Shown: positions 13,306 through 26,089 of the stretch, piece after piece
How the letters are laid out: each line of letters opens with the position of its first letter
Numbering within the stretch: position 1 is the first letter of the stretch
Source of the DNA: Mytilus trossulus
Lineage: Eukaryota
DNA: 64,000 nt
NCBI RefSeq assembly: GCF_036588685.1
Contig: NC_086374.1
Coordinates: 85,808,001-85,872,000 of the forward strand
Direction: 5' to 3'
Program-made: the position numbers and the translations under genes
The notes under the pieces: generated by a model
Databases searched by the model: none
What the model saw: the letters and a program-made list of their open reading frames with translations, nothing else
What the model was told of the DNA's origin: nothing

Positions 13306-14424
13306 ACTGTTGTTGAAGACAAATGTTGATATCAACACATTTTGGAGTGAGGCAAAGAAATGTATAATAAATACATGTAGATATGTTCTAACTAAATATC
13401 AAGTTTCATTAGAAGCTGGGCTGTCTGAAATTTTATATATTTGGCAGTTATTTGGAAGCAGACAGGAATTCATTTGGAACAACATAGTATACTTACTGGG
13501 ACCTACTGATACATATCAATTTGAATTAGTCCTAACCTCAAAATATGTTTCAACATTGTATAATATCACCAATCATCTTTTTGGATGATTTGACCCAATA
13601 TAAATGGCTTTCTTTTTGTCATTTTAGCAACACAGATCATTTTTAACATCTAAAATGGCTACCACAATACAACATACATCTACAGAGATACCATGGCCGA
13701 TGAAAAAAAGTCATGCAACTTGAAAACAAAGAAGGCATGCATTTTACATTCATGTTCTTAATGAAACAGGTAGATAGGAAGACATTGGGAATATTCATAT
13801 ATGCATGAAAGGAAGATGTGATTGATTGATGATTGGTGTTTAACACCACTTTCAGTACTTTTGACAATTTGGAAGTTGTCAATTTTTATTGGTGTAGAAG
13901 CCTGATTACTCTCCACCATTTTCTACATAAGAAAGTGCCTGTACAAAGTCAGGAATATGACAATTGTTATCCATTTGTTTGATATGTTTGAGCTTTTGAT
14001 TTTGTCATTTGATTATGGACTTTCGGTTTTGAATTTTCCTGGTAGTTCAGTATTTTTGTAATTTTATTTTTCAGCAAGAAATCTGGCCTTTCTAGTCAAT
14101 TAAGATTGAAGCTGAAAATACCTGCCATGTGTGAGATTGAAACTGCAACAACCTCAGTGTTATAAAGTAAGATACAATGTGGAACTACTTAGACCACTAG
14201 GTCTCCATGGCCCTTAGGGAGTCTGGGGTATATGTCAATGAAACAGCAACCAAACAACACAAATAACCAAAAAACATCTAGAAGTCAACATTAATCCTCA
14301 ACATTTAATAGTTGTCCACACAATTTGCCAATCTCTAAATCACCACAACAAATAACAAATTTCTATGCATATTGTCCCATAATGTAAATTCAGAATTCAT
14401 TGTGTGTTTATAATTGGAGTTTTT

Positions 14425-14928
14425 CAAAGGAGTAGGACGGTAAGGGTCGATTTTGGCCTCAAATTTCAGGTTCATCTAACAAAAGTTTTTGGACACTTTT
14501 TAAACACTTAATTGTCTATTTTAATTGATTCGATTAGTTTCTGAGAAATATTTTAACTGATTTAGTCATTATAAACGCTCTGATTCAAGCTTAAATATGA
14601 AAAAATTATCAAATATGCAAAAAAACGTCACTTTTCAGATGGTTTTTGTCCAAAAAAAAAGTGGCCACACCCGTGTTCATCCTCAACCTTTATATATGTT
14701 TTGTATTATCATCAAATACAACTTACATTTCAATATTATGAATGAACATGAATGCGGTCACTTTCATTTTAGACCCAAACCGTGCATTGCATTGTCAAAA
14801 ACAGCTCATATTTATGTAGCAGAAGCATTTTACTTTACAAAATATAGCTTAATGATTACATTTTCACAATTTTCTAAAACTGCTATATTTTGGGGCCAAA
14901 AAGGGGTCTTACGGAACCTACTCCTTTG
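14425..14928. mobile_element. Non-autonomous TIR element of about 500 bp
   Basis: CAAAGGAGTAGGACGGTAAG...TTTTGGCCTCAAA inverted against TTTGGGGCCAAAA...CTTACGGAACCTACTCCTTTG; no clear target-site duplication. Confidence 0.7.
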
Positions 14929-16918
14929 GGCTTGAATGCCAGTTCAATTATTGCGATTAAAGAAAAATTTACATAAAGACCTATGGTGTAAGTATCAAAA
15001 CGCATTATTTAGATATAGGAAGATGTGGTGTGAGTGCCAATGAGACAACTCTCCATCCAAATAACAATTTAAAAATTAAACCATTATAGGTTAAAGTACG
15101 GCCTTCAACACGGAGCCTTGGCTCACAAATTGTATACATAAAAACCTCAAAATAAATTATGGCAAGAATTTGCAGTGATTTAAAAAGCTCTTATAATTTG
15201 AGGACTGCAGACGATACTGGGTATTTAGAACCCCTAAAAGGCCTCAAATACAAGGGTCTACTAAAAAAAATGTGTAACCATATACATTTATTATATAAAA
15301 ATAATCTAATCTTAACCTTGATTTTTATTGACGTAAAAATATATCATAATAAACTAATATTTAATCTAGATAAATAAAACCAAACCAGGAAAAGGAAAGA
15401 TTTATCTATAAACTACTGCAGATTGTTATTTTATCTCCCATGTCATTGAGAAACATAAATGTACTTTGAACCCAACGATGTGTTTATTTTTATGACAATG
15501 ATTTTTTTCTATGACACTGTCACTGGAGAATGACAATATCAACATTAAATAATTAGAAAAAATAATAAGAATGGACACAGAACAATGTTTAGCTTGATGT
15601 TAACAATTACTTTTAATGACAATCAATTCTCAGAGGTGAAGATTACATGAAACCAGTCATGCTCAGGTACAAATGTTCAGGTACATGTATTGAATTTCCA
15701 TACCAAGAACATATTATGTTTAATTTCTGAGAAGTAAGCTAAAAACTTAAAATAGACCCATGGAAAACAAGTTGATGTCAAGGATATTGTCAAGAAAGAT
15801 ATATTGTGGATACATTATTACTAAAGGGGTACTTATTGTTGTTGATTTTGAAGGTATAGGTGGGAAAACATGAATTACAGTGTTGAAAAAAACAAATTTT
15901 CAAAAGACTTGCAAATAGAATTTGTAAAAAAAGAAAATCTAGTACCCCAAAAAATATTTTTTTCCCTCAATGCAAGAAGAAAATAATCATACAGGTAAAA
16001 TCCTGAAAAGAGGGGGGATAGGAGGGGTCCTGATCCGAAATCCTGGGCTTAAAAATACGAAATCCCGAACTTAAAAACATGAAATCCTAACAGTAGTTAA
16101 ATTAATAAACTACTCGTCCACTAAGGCCCCAATATCTATTGGTCCCCTTACTTACCAAAAACCATATCATTCAAAGTAACCAAGGTGACAGTATGTACTC
16201 ATATTGTACTGAAAACAACCTGAATACTGAAGCAGAAAAATTAGATCAAGGCCATATGTCATAAGTCAGATGAACAAAAAGTCCCACATCAAACAATCAA
16301 CTGTTATTCACATGTGTCAAATACTGTTAATTATTAAGAGGTTTTTATTAATGCAAATAATGGGACATGGTAAGTATCCCAATAATAACTTTGATTCTGG
16401 ACTCCATAATCGATACATGTATTTCTTATTAGATGCCAATACTCAATCTCTTTTTGTCCATTCTTTTAAAAAAAATGCAATAAAGTGCTTGAATTTCCTG
16501 AATTTATGGTAGTTTAGACCTATCATGTATAGCTGTTAAGAAATAGATCAAATCCTGAAAAATTTACCTGACCACTGAAGCATTAAAATTAGGTCAGCTG
16601 ACAATGATAGTATAACAAAAAACAACAACTATATCAGTTTTTGTAAACTTATATGAAACTTGGATTAAGATATTGAGGTATTTTGCAAACTATGAACAGC
16701 ACTGCAATTTCAAAAGTATTATTAAATGTAAGATATTACAAAAAGAGACCAGACCCATAAAACAGATCGGAAAAAATATTAGAATTGAGAGCAGAAACAA
16801 GACATGCATATAACAGCAAGATTTAAATTTTAAATTCGTAAAAAACAAAAGAATAGATTCCATTCTGCACTGACATATAACTGATACAACAAAACACATG
16901 CAGCCATCAAAGGGGTAC

Positions 16919-17276
16919 CTGCTCGACTACGTTTCCCAGACTCCCCGCTGTCATGACGACTATGACCTTTCTCACCATGGAGACCTAGTCCTTGCAGTTT
17001 TTCTGTCAAACCATGAATTTTTTCTACAAATCCTTGGTGTTTTTCGCCTTTGTCAATATGTATATCTGCACCAAGGTGCGTAATGGGAGCACAGACTGTC
17101 TGTGTTGCCGTGACAGCAGCCACATCTCGTACATGGTGATAATCCTTACCAGTTGTTGTTGGTGGTCCGACTGGCTTTTTCATTAATGATAAAAACAAAT
17201 GTTTACATAATTCCTCTGGTATCTCTGCCTCCATATAGCTGTCCATAAACTTTCTAAATCCATCATATACCATGGG
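16919..17276 (-). CDS. DGK: Diacylglycerol kinase (type I) coding exon 3, N-terminal recoverin-homology region PMVYDGFRKFMDSYMEAEIPEELCKHLFLS...
   Basis: Resembles the type I DGK motif [28 protein letters not shown]; acceptor TATTTTCAG at 17277; donor G|GTACCC at 16918 is weak but phase-compatible with the next exon. Confidence 0.88.
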
Positions 17277-17899
17277 CTGAAAATACATGAAAATGAATTG
17301 TATTCTTTATAAATATATGTTGGGGGTTGATTTCTGGATTTCAGGGTCAAAGCAAAGCTTCCTCTTGTTGTTTAATGGGGATTAAACAGCATGTTCTATA
17401 CATTCAAGCAATTTTACATTGGACTTTTTTTCAGGGTAAAACCATTGACTTTTCTTACATTTATAAATAACTAAATAGCTACATACTTCCAGGGGATAAA
17501 AGAAAACTCTTTAAGGAAAAATTATCTAGAAATTACAAAATTACAAAAGGTGTCGAAATTGAAACAATAATTTATGTTCCTGTCTGAAGACATACCTTCA
17601 CCCTGGTATGGAGGGGTTAAAAGTTTCTGACTGTTTTTCTTTTATTTTTTTCATGTAATTTTTTTTTCGAAAGGTGGTGGGTTATGGTGTTGTTTAATTT
17701 TTATTCCATTTAAGATTTTTTTATTTCCCCTTAAGTCACATCTCCCTCTTTTTTGGGAAAACAACAAAAGAAGATTAAAAGTAACTCTAATGGGTTTTTT
17801 TTAATATGTTTTCTCATTTGTAAAAACCATATATATAATATTCCTCCAATTGTCAAAAAATTATCATTACAACCTATAAAGCTAGGAGCTACAGTTACA

Positions 17900-18155
17900 C
17901 AGCTAATAAAAAGTGTAAAAATATGCAAGTGTTCGGTATACAGGAAGTTGTAGAGTGATGAATATGAAAACGCATCACATGGTATAGCTGACTTATATAA
18001 ATCCTGAAACCAAATTTCAGAAATCCTGTATTGTAGTTCCTGAGAAAAATGCGACGAAAAATATTCATGGGACGGACGGACTGGCTGACGGACTGACGGA
18101 AGGACAGACAGAGGTAAAACAGTATACCCCCCTTTTTAAAGCGGTGGTATAATAA
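17900..18155 (+). mobile_element. 3' portion of a HINE-type element
   Basis: GGACGGACGGACTGGCTGACGG microsatellite followed by TATACCCCC...GCGGTGGTATA hairpin; left boundary approximate. Confidence 0.55.
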
Positions 18156-20789
18156 TACATGGTCAATTCATTCTTATATCATAGCCCATGGGTATAAAAC
18201 AAATCTAGAATATCATATACTGCTGGTCCTTTGATTTTTTTCCAGTTCAAGAGTCAGTATACAATGGTATATTAGACAGACAAAAAAGATATTGCAATAA
18301 ATTCAATAAAATCTTTATTTTGTGACTTAGATAGAATTACACAAGAAAATAAGCTTTGAAGAATATATTTGGTAAATTAATAACTGGTTATCAATATATT
18401 TGTTTTTTATCAGCATATATAATATTTGTTTTTGATAATATTATTTGTTAATTAAAATTTTGTTTATATCATGTAATGGATAGTATGGGGTTTGAAATAT
18501 GTAACCTAAAATATTGATAAAGTTATTTTATTTCTAGATAAATAAAGGATATTAAATATGATACAGTATTTGATACTAGATTTAATAAAGATAAATAGTT
18601 TATATATAGGATGACAATATTTTAGTAGATTAAAAATTAAAATTTAACTATTCTTAAGTTGTATAAGTGAATAATAGATGATTAATGAACATCAATTGGT
18701 TTGTTTATAGTTTTGATATGATATTTGTCATGTATGTTAGGCAATATTTTTATAAACTTATGTCAATGAATGGCATACTAAAGCTCTCAAATCCAAGCAT
18801 CAATAGAAAATCATTTATAAGTATATCTTTTTAGTGAATAAAATCTTCTTTTAATACTTGAAACAGAGCAGTTTATCTTAACAAAAATGGTAGTTTGTCT
18901 CATCGGCACTCATACCACAAAATATTTAGGAGTTTATGAATAAATACTATATTTTCTCTCATATGTGTTATGTATTCTTTTGGAAAGTACTGGTCAGGAT
19001 GAATAAATGATAATGAAAGAGGGGGTTATGTCAATGGAAAAACAATCAAATGATATGAACAACCATTTTTAGGGCAACAAGGTCTTCAGCAAAAACTGGT
19101 GTCTAAAGACTGTCAAGCTCTAAATTGTCACAAGTCTCAGAAATTCGTAGAATATATACTTTTTATGTCTCATAATGGCACCTACTTGTACAACAACTTT
19201 CATAAAAATTCTAGCACAAAAAGATGTTTCTTAAAATCATCAACAAAACGTTTTTGACCTTATACTATTTGATGATAAATTCATAATTATAAATTAATGA
19301 TTTTATGGGTAATGATCCTGTTATATAACAATCTGTTGATTAGTAAATTGTTTGATTAAAAAACTTATTGACTCAGTTTCAATTATATACTTTGTATCAC
19401 ATGTATAATACATTTTTTTATGGATTAAAGTTACCAATGTTAATATCAGTTAATGGCCTCAAGTCAATATTAATCTCCCTAAAAACTAACGCTGACCTGA
19501 AGGAAGTATTCTAAACGTAAAATGTTTACCCTGATGCATATAAATAGGCTCTACAAATCATGCTTTCAGGACAAGAAACAATATCATTTATTATCTGTTT
19601 CCGCCATAAGGCTCTAACATTTACACTAAATAACTAAATTTTTTTTTTAAAAAAGAATTTCAGTCCAAATTGTTTTTGTCCTGTTTTCATTAGTTCACCT
19701 GACAACATTTATCTGTTCAATTTAATTATACTAGATCTAGCTGGGTTCTGCCTGTAACTATTTTTTTTTAAATCCACTCAATTTGCTTATCTTTTTATAC
19801 AAATACTAAGCGAAGTTCACATTACTTTGTTTATTTTGGGGTTTATCTCACCAAGAAGTATACAAAATAAAACAAACATTTGTTATTGCTATTAGTCCTT
19901 TGGTAATTTATGCATTATTGTCTCTTTTGTTACCCATTCTGACATTGGACTCAGACTTTTCTTAAACTGAGTTTTACTGTGCTTATTGTTGTGTGTTTGT
20001 TTTTCTACATTGGCTAGATAAGAGGTATAGGGGGAGGGTTGAGATCTCAAAAACATGTTTAACCCCGCCACTTTTTTGTGCCTGTCTCAAGTCAGGAGCC
20101 TCTGGCCTTTGTTAATTTTGTATGACTTTTAATTTTAGTTTAAAGTTCTGGAGTTTAGTATGACGTCCATTATCACTGAACTAGTATAGATATTTGTTTA
20201 GAAGCCAGGTGAAGGACTCCTCCAGATGTGGGAGTTTCTCTCTGCATTGAAGACCCATTGGTAGCCTTCGCCTGTTGTCTGCTCTATGGTAGGGTTGTCC
20301 TCTCTTTGACACATTACCCATTTCCATTCTCTATTTTATTTGTACCTTATTGACTTCAGCAACCGTTATTTGTAGAAAAGAACAACTGTAGGATATACCA
20401 TTAATTTTCTGATATTTCTTTTGTATAAAATGTCACTTACTTCCTCATGCAAAGTTGACCTTTAATAGATTTAAGATGTTATTTTGAGGTCCTATTTGGA
20501 CATATCAAATGTTTTGGTTCACATTAAACCTTGGCTTTCAAAAATTCAGCTTTGAGCATTCCATAAGCAGGTAAATCTAGAAAAGAGTTCTGGATGCATG
20601 GGATTTATGTTTTAAAGTGGGGTTTTTTGTGTTGTTGGAATGCTTTGTCACTGAATTTGCCTTTAAACCCACTTATAGAATTAGAAAGATTAGGGAAAAC
20701 ATATTTCAGCATAATTTGAGACATTATTACATCAAAACAGATGCCTTTAATGGTGATAAAATAATTAATTAACCAACAAAGATACCTAC

Positions 20790-20845
20790 CTCGTCACAAG
20801 AGATGTGTAAATCCTCCAAAACATCTTTTAACTTCTTAGATGAAT
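20790..20845 (-). CDS. DGK: Diacylglycerol kinase (type I) coding exon 2, (Y)SSKKLKDVLEDLHISCDE
   Basis: Resembles YSTKKLKDVLEEF of type I DGKs; acceptor TATTACAG, donor GAG|GTAGGT; phase 1 to phase 0; too short for the ORF track. Confidence 0.9.
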
Positions 20846-21870
20846 CTGTAATATAAAAATTCATTATACAACATCAAAGATTTTAAATTTATATTCTATA
20901 ATATATTGCTCAATTATTTTCATGGATGCCCATTTTCATAAATTGACAAGTGTTTTTCCTCCCATAAGTGATTAATGTACTCCTTTGAACACTAGTTTGG
21001 TGACCATTTTATTTCCACGAGTTGAAAAATATTAAGAACATAATATGTTGATAAAATATTAACATTTTATCCTCCACTTATACAAATACATACAGAAATT
21101 TGGAAATTGTGAAAATAAATCACAGTGAAGTAGGCAAGAGAGTGCAAAGCCCATCATAAAGTAACAGTAAAAATATTTTGGTTTACAGAACAGAAAACAT
21201 GTAAGTTTATCCGCAGTAGGCAGCTTTCAGAATGTTTGAATTAGGGTTATTGAACATACAACTATTTCTGGGTTTAAACCCTTATTTGAATCACCTTCAA
21301 TTAGCATCCACAAGACCCATATTTGAAAAAGGTAATAATTAATAAATATTTTAGATGGAGACCAAAATAAGTTGTTTTTCAAGGGTAATGAAATATAAAC
21401 TTGACTTAAGCAGAAAAAAGTAACATTGGCCATTGAACCATGAGAATCAGGTCAAATGACACCAGTTAACCAGGCATTTAGGCATCAGTAGCTTGTAGTA
21501 TAGTGTCATTGGTTCATCTCGGTCATCGTTGTTTATCCGAAAATGTTTTGTGGTAATAATAAATTGAATTAACTAGTAGTCTCAATTCACATATTCATGA
21601 TAAGGCCTTTTAAAGCATGGGTTAACTAGGTTGTTGAAGGCCATACATTTGCCTATAATTGCTTACATCCTCTTCATTTGAACTTTGATGGAAAGTTGTC
21701 TCATACCAAGTCTCCTTATTTTGATGTATGTGTACACCTTACACTGATTCTATTTACAAGATAAGGCTAAATTATAACTTATAGTTATTGTAAGACTGAT
21801 TTTAACAAGAATGCTTTTAACTATAATCATTGCACCAAAAAGAGGTCAAGGTTATGTAGTGCTGTTGTAC

Positions 21871-22249
21871 TAACAAGATATATATTCCTGGAGATGATGG
21901 AACTGTGTCGGACTTAACTTTATACTTACAAGATATATATTCCTGGAGTTGATGGAACTCGTTAGGACTTAACGTTATACTTACAAGATATATATTCCTG
22001 GAGTTGATGGAACTCAGTAACTTAACTTTATACTTACAAGATATATGTTCCTGGAGTTGATGGAACTAGGTAGGACTTAACTTTATACTTACAAGGTATT
22101 TATTCTTGGAGTTGATGGAACTCAGTAGGACTTAACGTTATACTTACAAGATTTATATTCCTGGAGTTGATGGAACTCGGTAGGACTTAACCTTATACTT
22201 ACAAGATATATATTCCTGGAGTTGATGGAACTCGGTAGGACTTAACTTT
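21871..22249 (-). repeat. 55-bp tandem array (7 donor copies) derived from the end of DGK coding exon 1 plus 5' splice site
   Basis: Donor GT complements at 21873, 21928, 21983, 22036, 22091, 22146 and 22201; minus unit AAAGTTAAGTCCTACCGAGTTCCATCAACTCCAGGAATATATATCTT|GTAAGTAT. Confidence 0.95.
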
Positions 22250-22266
22250 TGCCACTGAAATGTCAT
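22203..22266 (-). CDS. DGK: Diacylglycerol kinase (type I) first coding exon, MTFQWQKLSPTEFHQLQEYIS
   Basis: Resembles the type I DGK N-terminus W..LSP.EF.QLQ.Y; exon begins at 22295 after TTTGTTTTCAG; donor T|GTAAGT at 22202. Confidence 0.92.
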
Positions 22267-25200
22267 TCTCTCATCATTTCACTGCACAATCAAACCTGAA
22301 AACAAATATAATATTACAATGGTTATCACATATAAAATGAACTCACCATACTGAAAATCTTTTCAGACAAAAGTGGTTGTTTTGTGAGATTGTTTTTTCT
22401 CTGACTATTGGTTTACATGTCTATTTTTCTGATAGAAAAACTGTTTGCAAAACAAAGCACCCGTGTAAGTTTAAAATCGTGATATCTTTTTGGTATACAC
22501 CTTATAGCTATTTGTAAAACTGTCCGGCTTGACCCTAGAATCTGTCAAGCTTGAACTTTGGATGTCATACAACACTCACTGTTCCATTTTGGAGACAGAT
22601 ATTTTCTATTGTGACGTCAAACATTTACAGGAACTTTGGTGTGATGTCCAGTAGTGGTGGACAAATAGTGATACGATGTATTTACTTATGGTTGAGTTAT
22701 TTCTCACTGGGGTGATGGTAGATGATCATTAACAATTCTATTGTTTTGTTTTTTGTTTAGTTTAATTGTTAAACAATAAAGCTATCATCTTTCTTATTAC
22801 ACAATAAATTACTGAATGAGGTTTGTAATAATTATTACACTGTCAAGTACTTTCTCTATAGGGGTTACAAGTGGAAATTAAATCCAGTCTTTACTAGGTA
22901 AGTTTGAATGAAGTTTTGTTTTATTGTTTTGTAGGGTGATCTTGAGATAGAATCCAGTGTTTGTCTTTCCTCAGGCTTGCAGAACCAACTCAAGATGACT
23001 CCAAGCAAAACAGGTTTTTTTGTATTAGTTGTCTGGACATTGTTTATTTAGGACCACTTAAGTCTAAAGAACATTGTATACTTCTAAATAAATTAAATTG
23101 ATTGATTGGTGTTGGTTTGACGCCACACCTGTCCAAAGTCAGGAACTTGTTGTTCAGTGGTTGTCGTTTGTTGATGTGGTTCATTAGTGTTTCTTGTTTG
23201 ACATTTATATTTAGATTAGACTGTTGGTTTTCTTGTTTGAATTGTTTTACACTATAGTCATTTTGTAGCACTTTATAGCTTGCTGGTTAGAGATACACTG
23301 CTCCATGTTGAAGGCCTTACTATAAATTATAAATATTTACTTTAACACATTGCGACTTAGATGAAGATTGGTCTCATTGGAACTCATACCACATTTTCTT
23401 ATTTCTATAGCAAGCAAAACGAAATTAAGATTTTGAATCATTAAATAGCACACCATATTATAAATATGAATGAAGTGAGATGTTGGGTAAACATCAATCA
23501 GGCAGCAACTACACAAAAATCAAAACAAATCTGTAAGTCATTGAACATACTTCAACAATAAACAAGTTGCTACTCAATATATCATGATTTAAATCCTTCT
23601 AAATGTAAAAACTTGTACTGCTAACAGTACTAATTACCTAGGAATGACATGTTTATTACCCTAATTAAAAGTGATGAGTTGATATGCTTCTATATACATA
23701 TGTGTATTAAACCAGACATTCATCTTCCATGAAGACCCTCATATTAATATGGAGAAAGTTAAATTTTAAAGTTTGAAACAACATTAAGTAGTTTTGGCAG
23801 GTGTGAGATCCTCCTCCCCCTCATAAGAACTTGGAACATTGCCAAGAACCAATCTGTTTCTAATATGCACTGCTTTGATGCCTTAATGTCGAACAGGAGT
23901 TTTATTGACAATGTAATGCTTTAACTTTAAACAGAGGAGCTCTATGAAAACACAGGTTAAATTAAGTGAAAAAACAAAAGTCATAAGTTTGTAATCATAC
24001 AGAAATCTGTAGAAAAAACATCTCTGACTTCACTTAGCAAATGACTGAAGATAACATGAAGATATAAAACTTGCCAGATTTACATAAGATATGATATTTT
24101 ACAAGTAAACTGTTACTAGAAGTCATTTTCTCTTTTAAAATGTTTGATTTTGTGTTGTCCCAGTGCTTTCTTTTTTTATCTTAGCTTATTATATAGTATC
24201 AGCTCATTGTAGAAGGCTGTACAGTGCCCTATACATGTATTGTATTTATCCTTGTCCGTTGGTCTTTAACAAAGACTCTTTGGTGGATAATTGTCTCATT
24301 GGTAATCACTCCACATGTAAATCTTATTATTTTTAACCCAAAAAGTAGATAACTCCAGAGAAATCAGCCCAAGCCAAACAGGGTAAAAATTACAAAACAT
24401 GAAGATTTGGTATGAATGTCATTGAGACAACACTCCACCAGAGACCAAACGGTGTAGAAGATAAGAACTATAAGTCATTGTACAGCATTCAACAATGAGC
24501 AAAACCCAAAACGAAAAGTAATCTATAAACGGCCTCAAAAACCTAGTAAAAGCCATCCTTACCTGAATCATACAGCACTATATAAATCAAACTGGTTTAT
24601 AAAGACATGATTTATCAGCCTGATACTTAGAAGTAGTGATTAAAGCAAGGTTATTGAAGTTCATCATAGGTTACCTTAAACCTATTACCATCATCACAAG
24701 AAATGAAAATAATCCATTAGTCTATGTACAGCATGGCTTGGGTTACAATTGATACTGTAATACTATCAATAATCTTCATTAAATGTCTTATGCTTCAATG
24801 ATTACACGATATTTCCAATGATCATCTAATATTCCACTTTTTGATTGGTTACATCAAAATTACATCATGTTTTCATGGTTGACTGACTGTGTATTGCTCC
24901 TTTCTGCATGAATGATTACAGTTTAGTGATCCAGTACAAGGGGTCACCATAATGAAGTTCTGCCTGAGCTTATCAAAAACAAGATTTGAGAATAGCAACA
25001 AATATTGATTCTTAACAGAGAAATCTTGGTCAAACAGCATTCAAATCAAACACTCTATTTACTGTCGCTTCCTCTTTTGCAAGCAAACTTTTTGACATCT
25101 TGAATTGCAGTCAATGCTAATGGTTTACCCCTATGTCGTAAATTTAAATAGTTCTGTGGCTGCAGTTTGATTGGCTTAAAACCAAATGAGTTACAAAATG

Positions 25201-25903
25201 TAACCACTTGCATGTTATTTTTGTATATATATAGAGAGAGAGATTTATACCAGAGCTTCACACGATTCTGACATTTCCTGTACTTGTGCAGGTCATACAT
25301 TTTAAATGTCATCATTACGAAGCAGGTTTCACATTTGATACCAATACTTATAAGTACAAAAATGTTATAAATCTGATAATACACTCATGTCAATGTAATA
25401 TATAATTACAACAATTGAAATTGTAAAGTGTTTTTTTCACTACCGGGTATATCAAAGGCATTTAAAAAGAAGATCGAAGCTTTCTAAATTGCATTTGAGT
25501 GTTCGAAATATATCTATGTTCCCTATCACTGAAAATCAGCAAAATGGTTGTATGAATTCAGAAAATTTTCAGTATATATATAGGCTGGTCCAAGAAACCT
25601 TTGAAGGAATAGAATCTCATCCTAATTTTATTGAAACTTTGATGGACTTTGACAGGATTTAGCCAATCACATTGTATTATTTTAAATGATGCAGTTATTG
25701 TTTACAAAACAATAGCACATGGCAAAATTTTCTTGGAGAAAGTTTTTGATGGAAAACTTTGACAACTTTTTATACATACATGTAGATGAAACCTTACATT
25801 ATAAAACACTCAAAATACATTGAGAACAAAAAGAAACATATTTTATCTAATTCAATCCATTATAAAATGTTGCAATCTTTCCGCATGTTTTGCAATACCT
25901 TAC

Positions 25904-26089
25904 CTTGAATTTCTAATCCTAATATTCCTCTAATAAGACAGCGAATCTCATTTACTTCTTCACACCACTGTTTTGTTTTTTTGGTGTATTTCTTCAGCTT
26001 TGATATTACTGTATAAATTTGTCACTACTGTCGGCTACATTTGTCCTTGATTTTCACTTAGTTATAGGGACAATCATGTTTATAATATC
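25904..26089 (-). other. Putative non-coding 5' UTR exon of DGK
   Basis: Strong acceptor TTTGTTTTCAG and donor CAAG|GTAAGG bracket 186 nt of non-repetitive sequence with no long ORF. Confidence 0.5.

Noticed and set aside
16830-16918. C-terminal part of the 152-aa ORF
   Set aside because: Probably intron read-through after the donor at 16918; composition turns T-rich
20551-20600. Decayed hammerhead-like remnant
   Set aside because: The CUGANGA core is lost; only flanking resemblance remains
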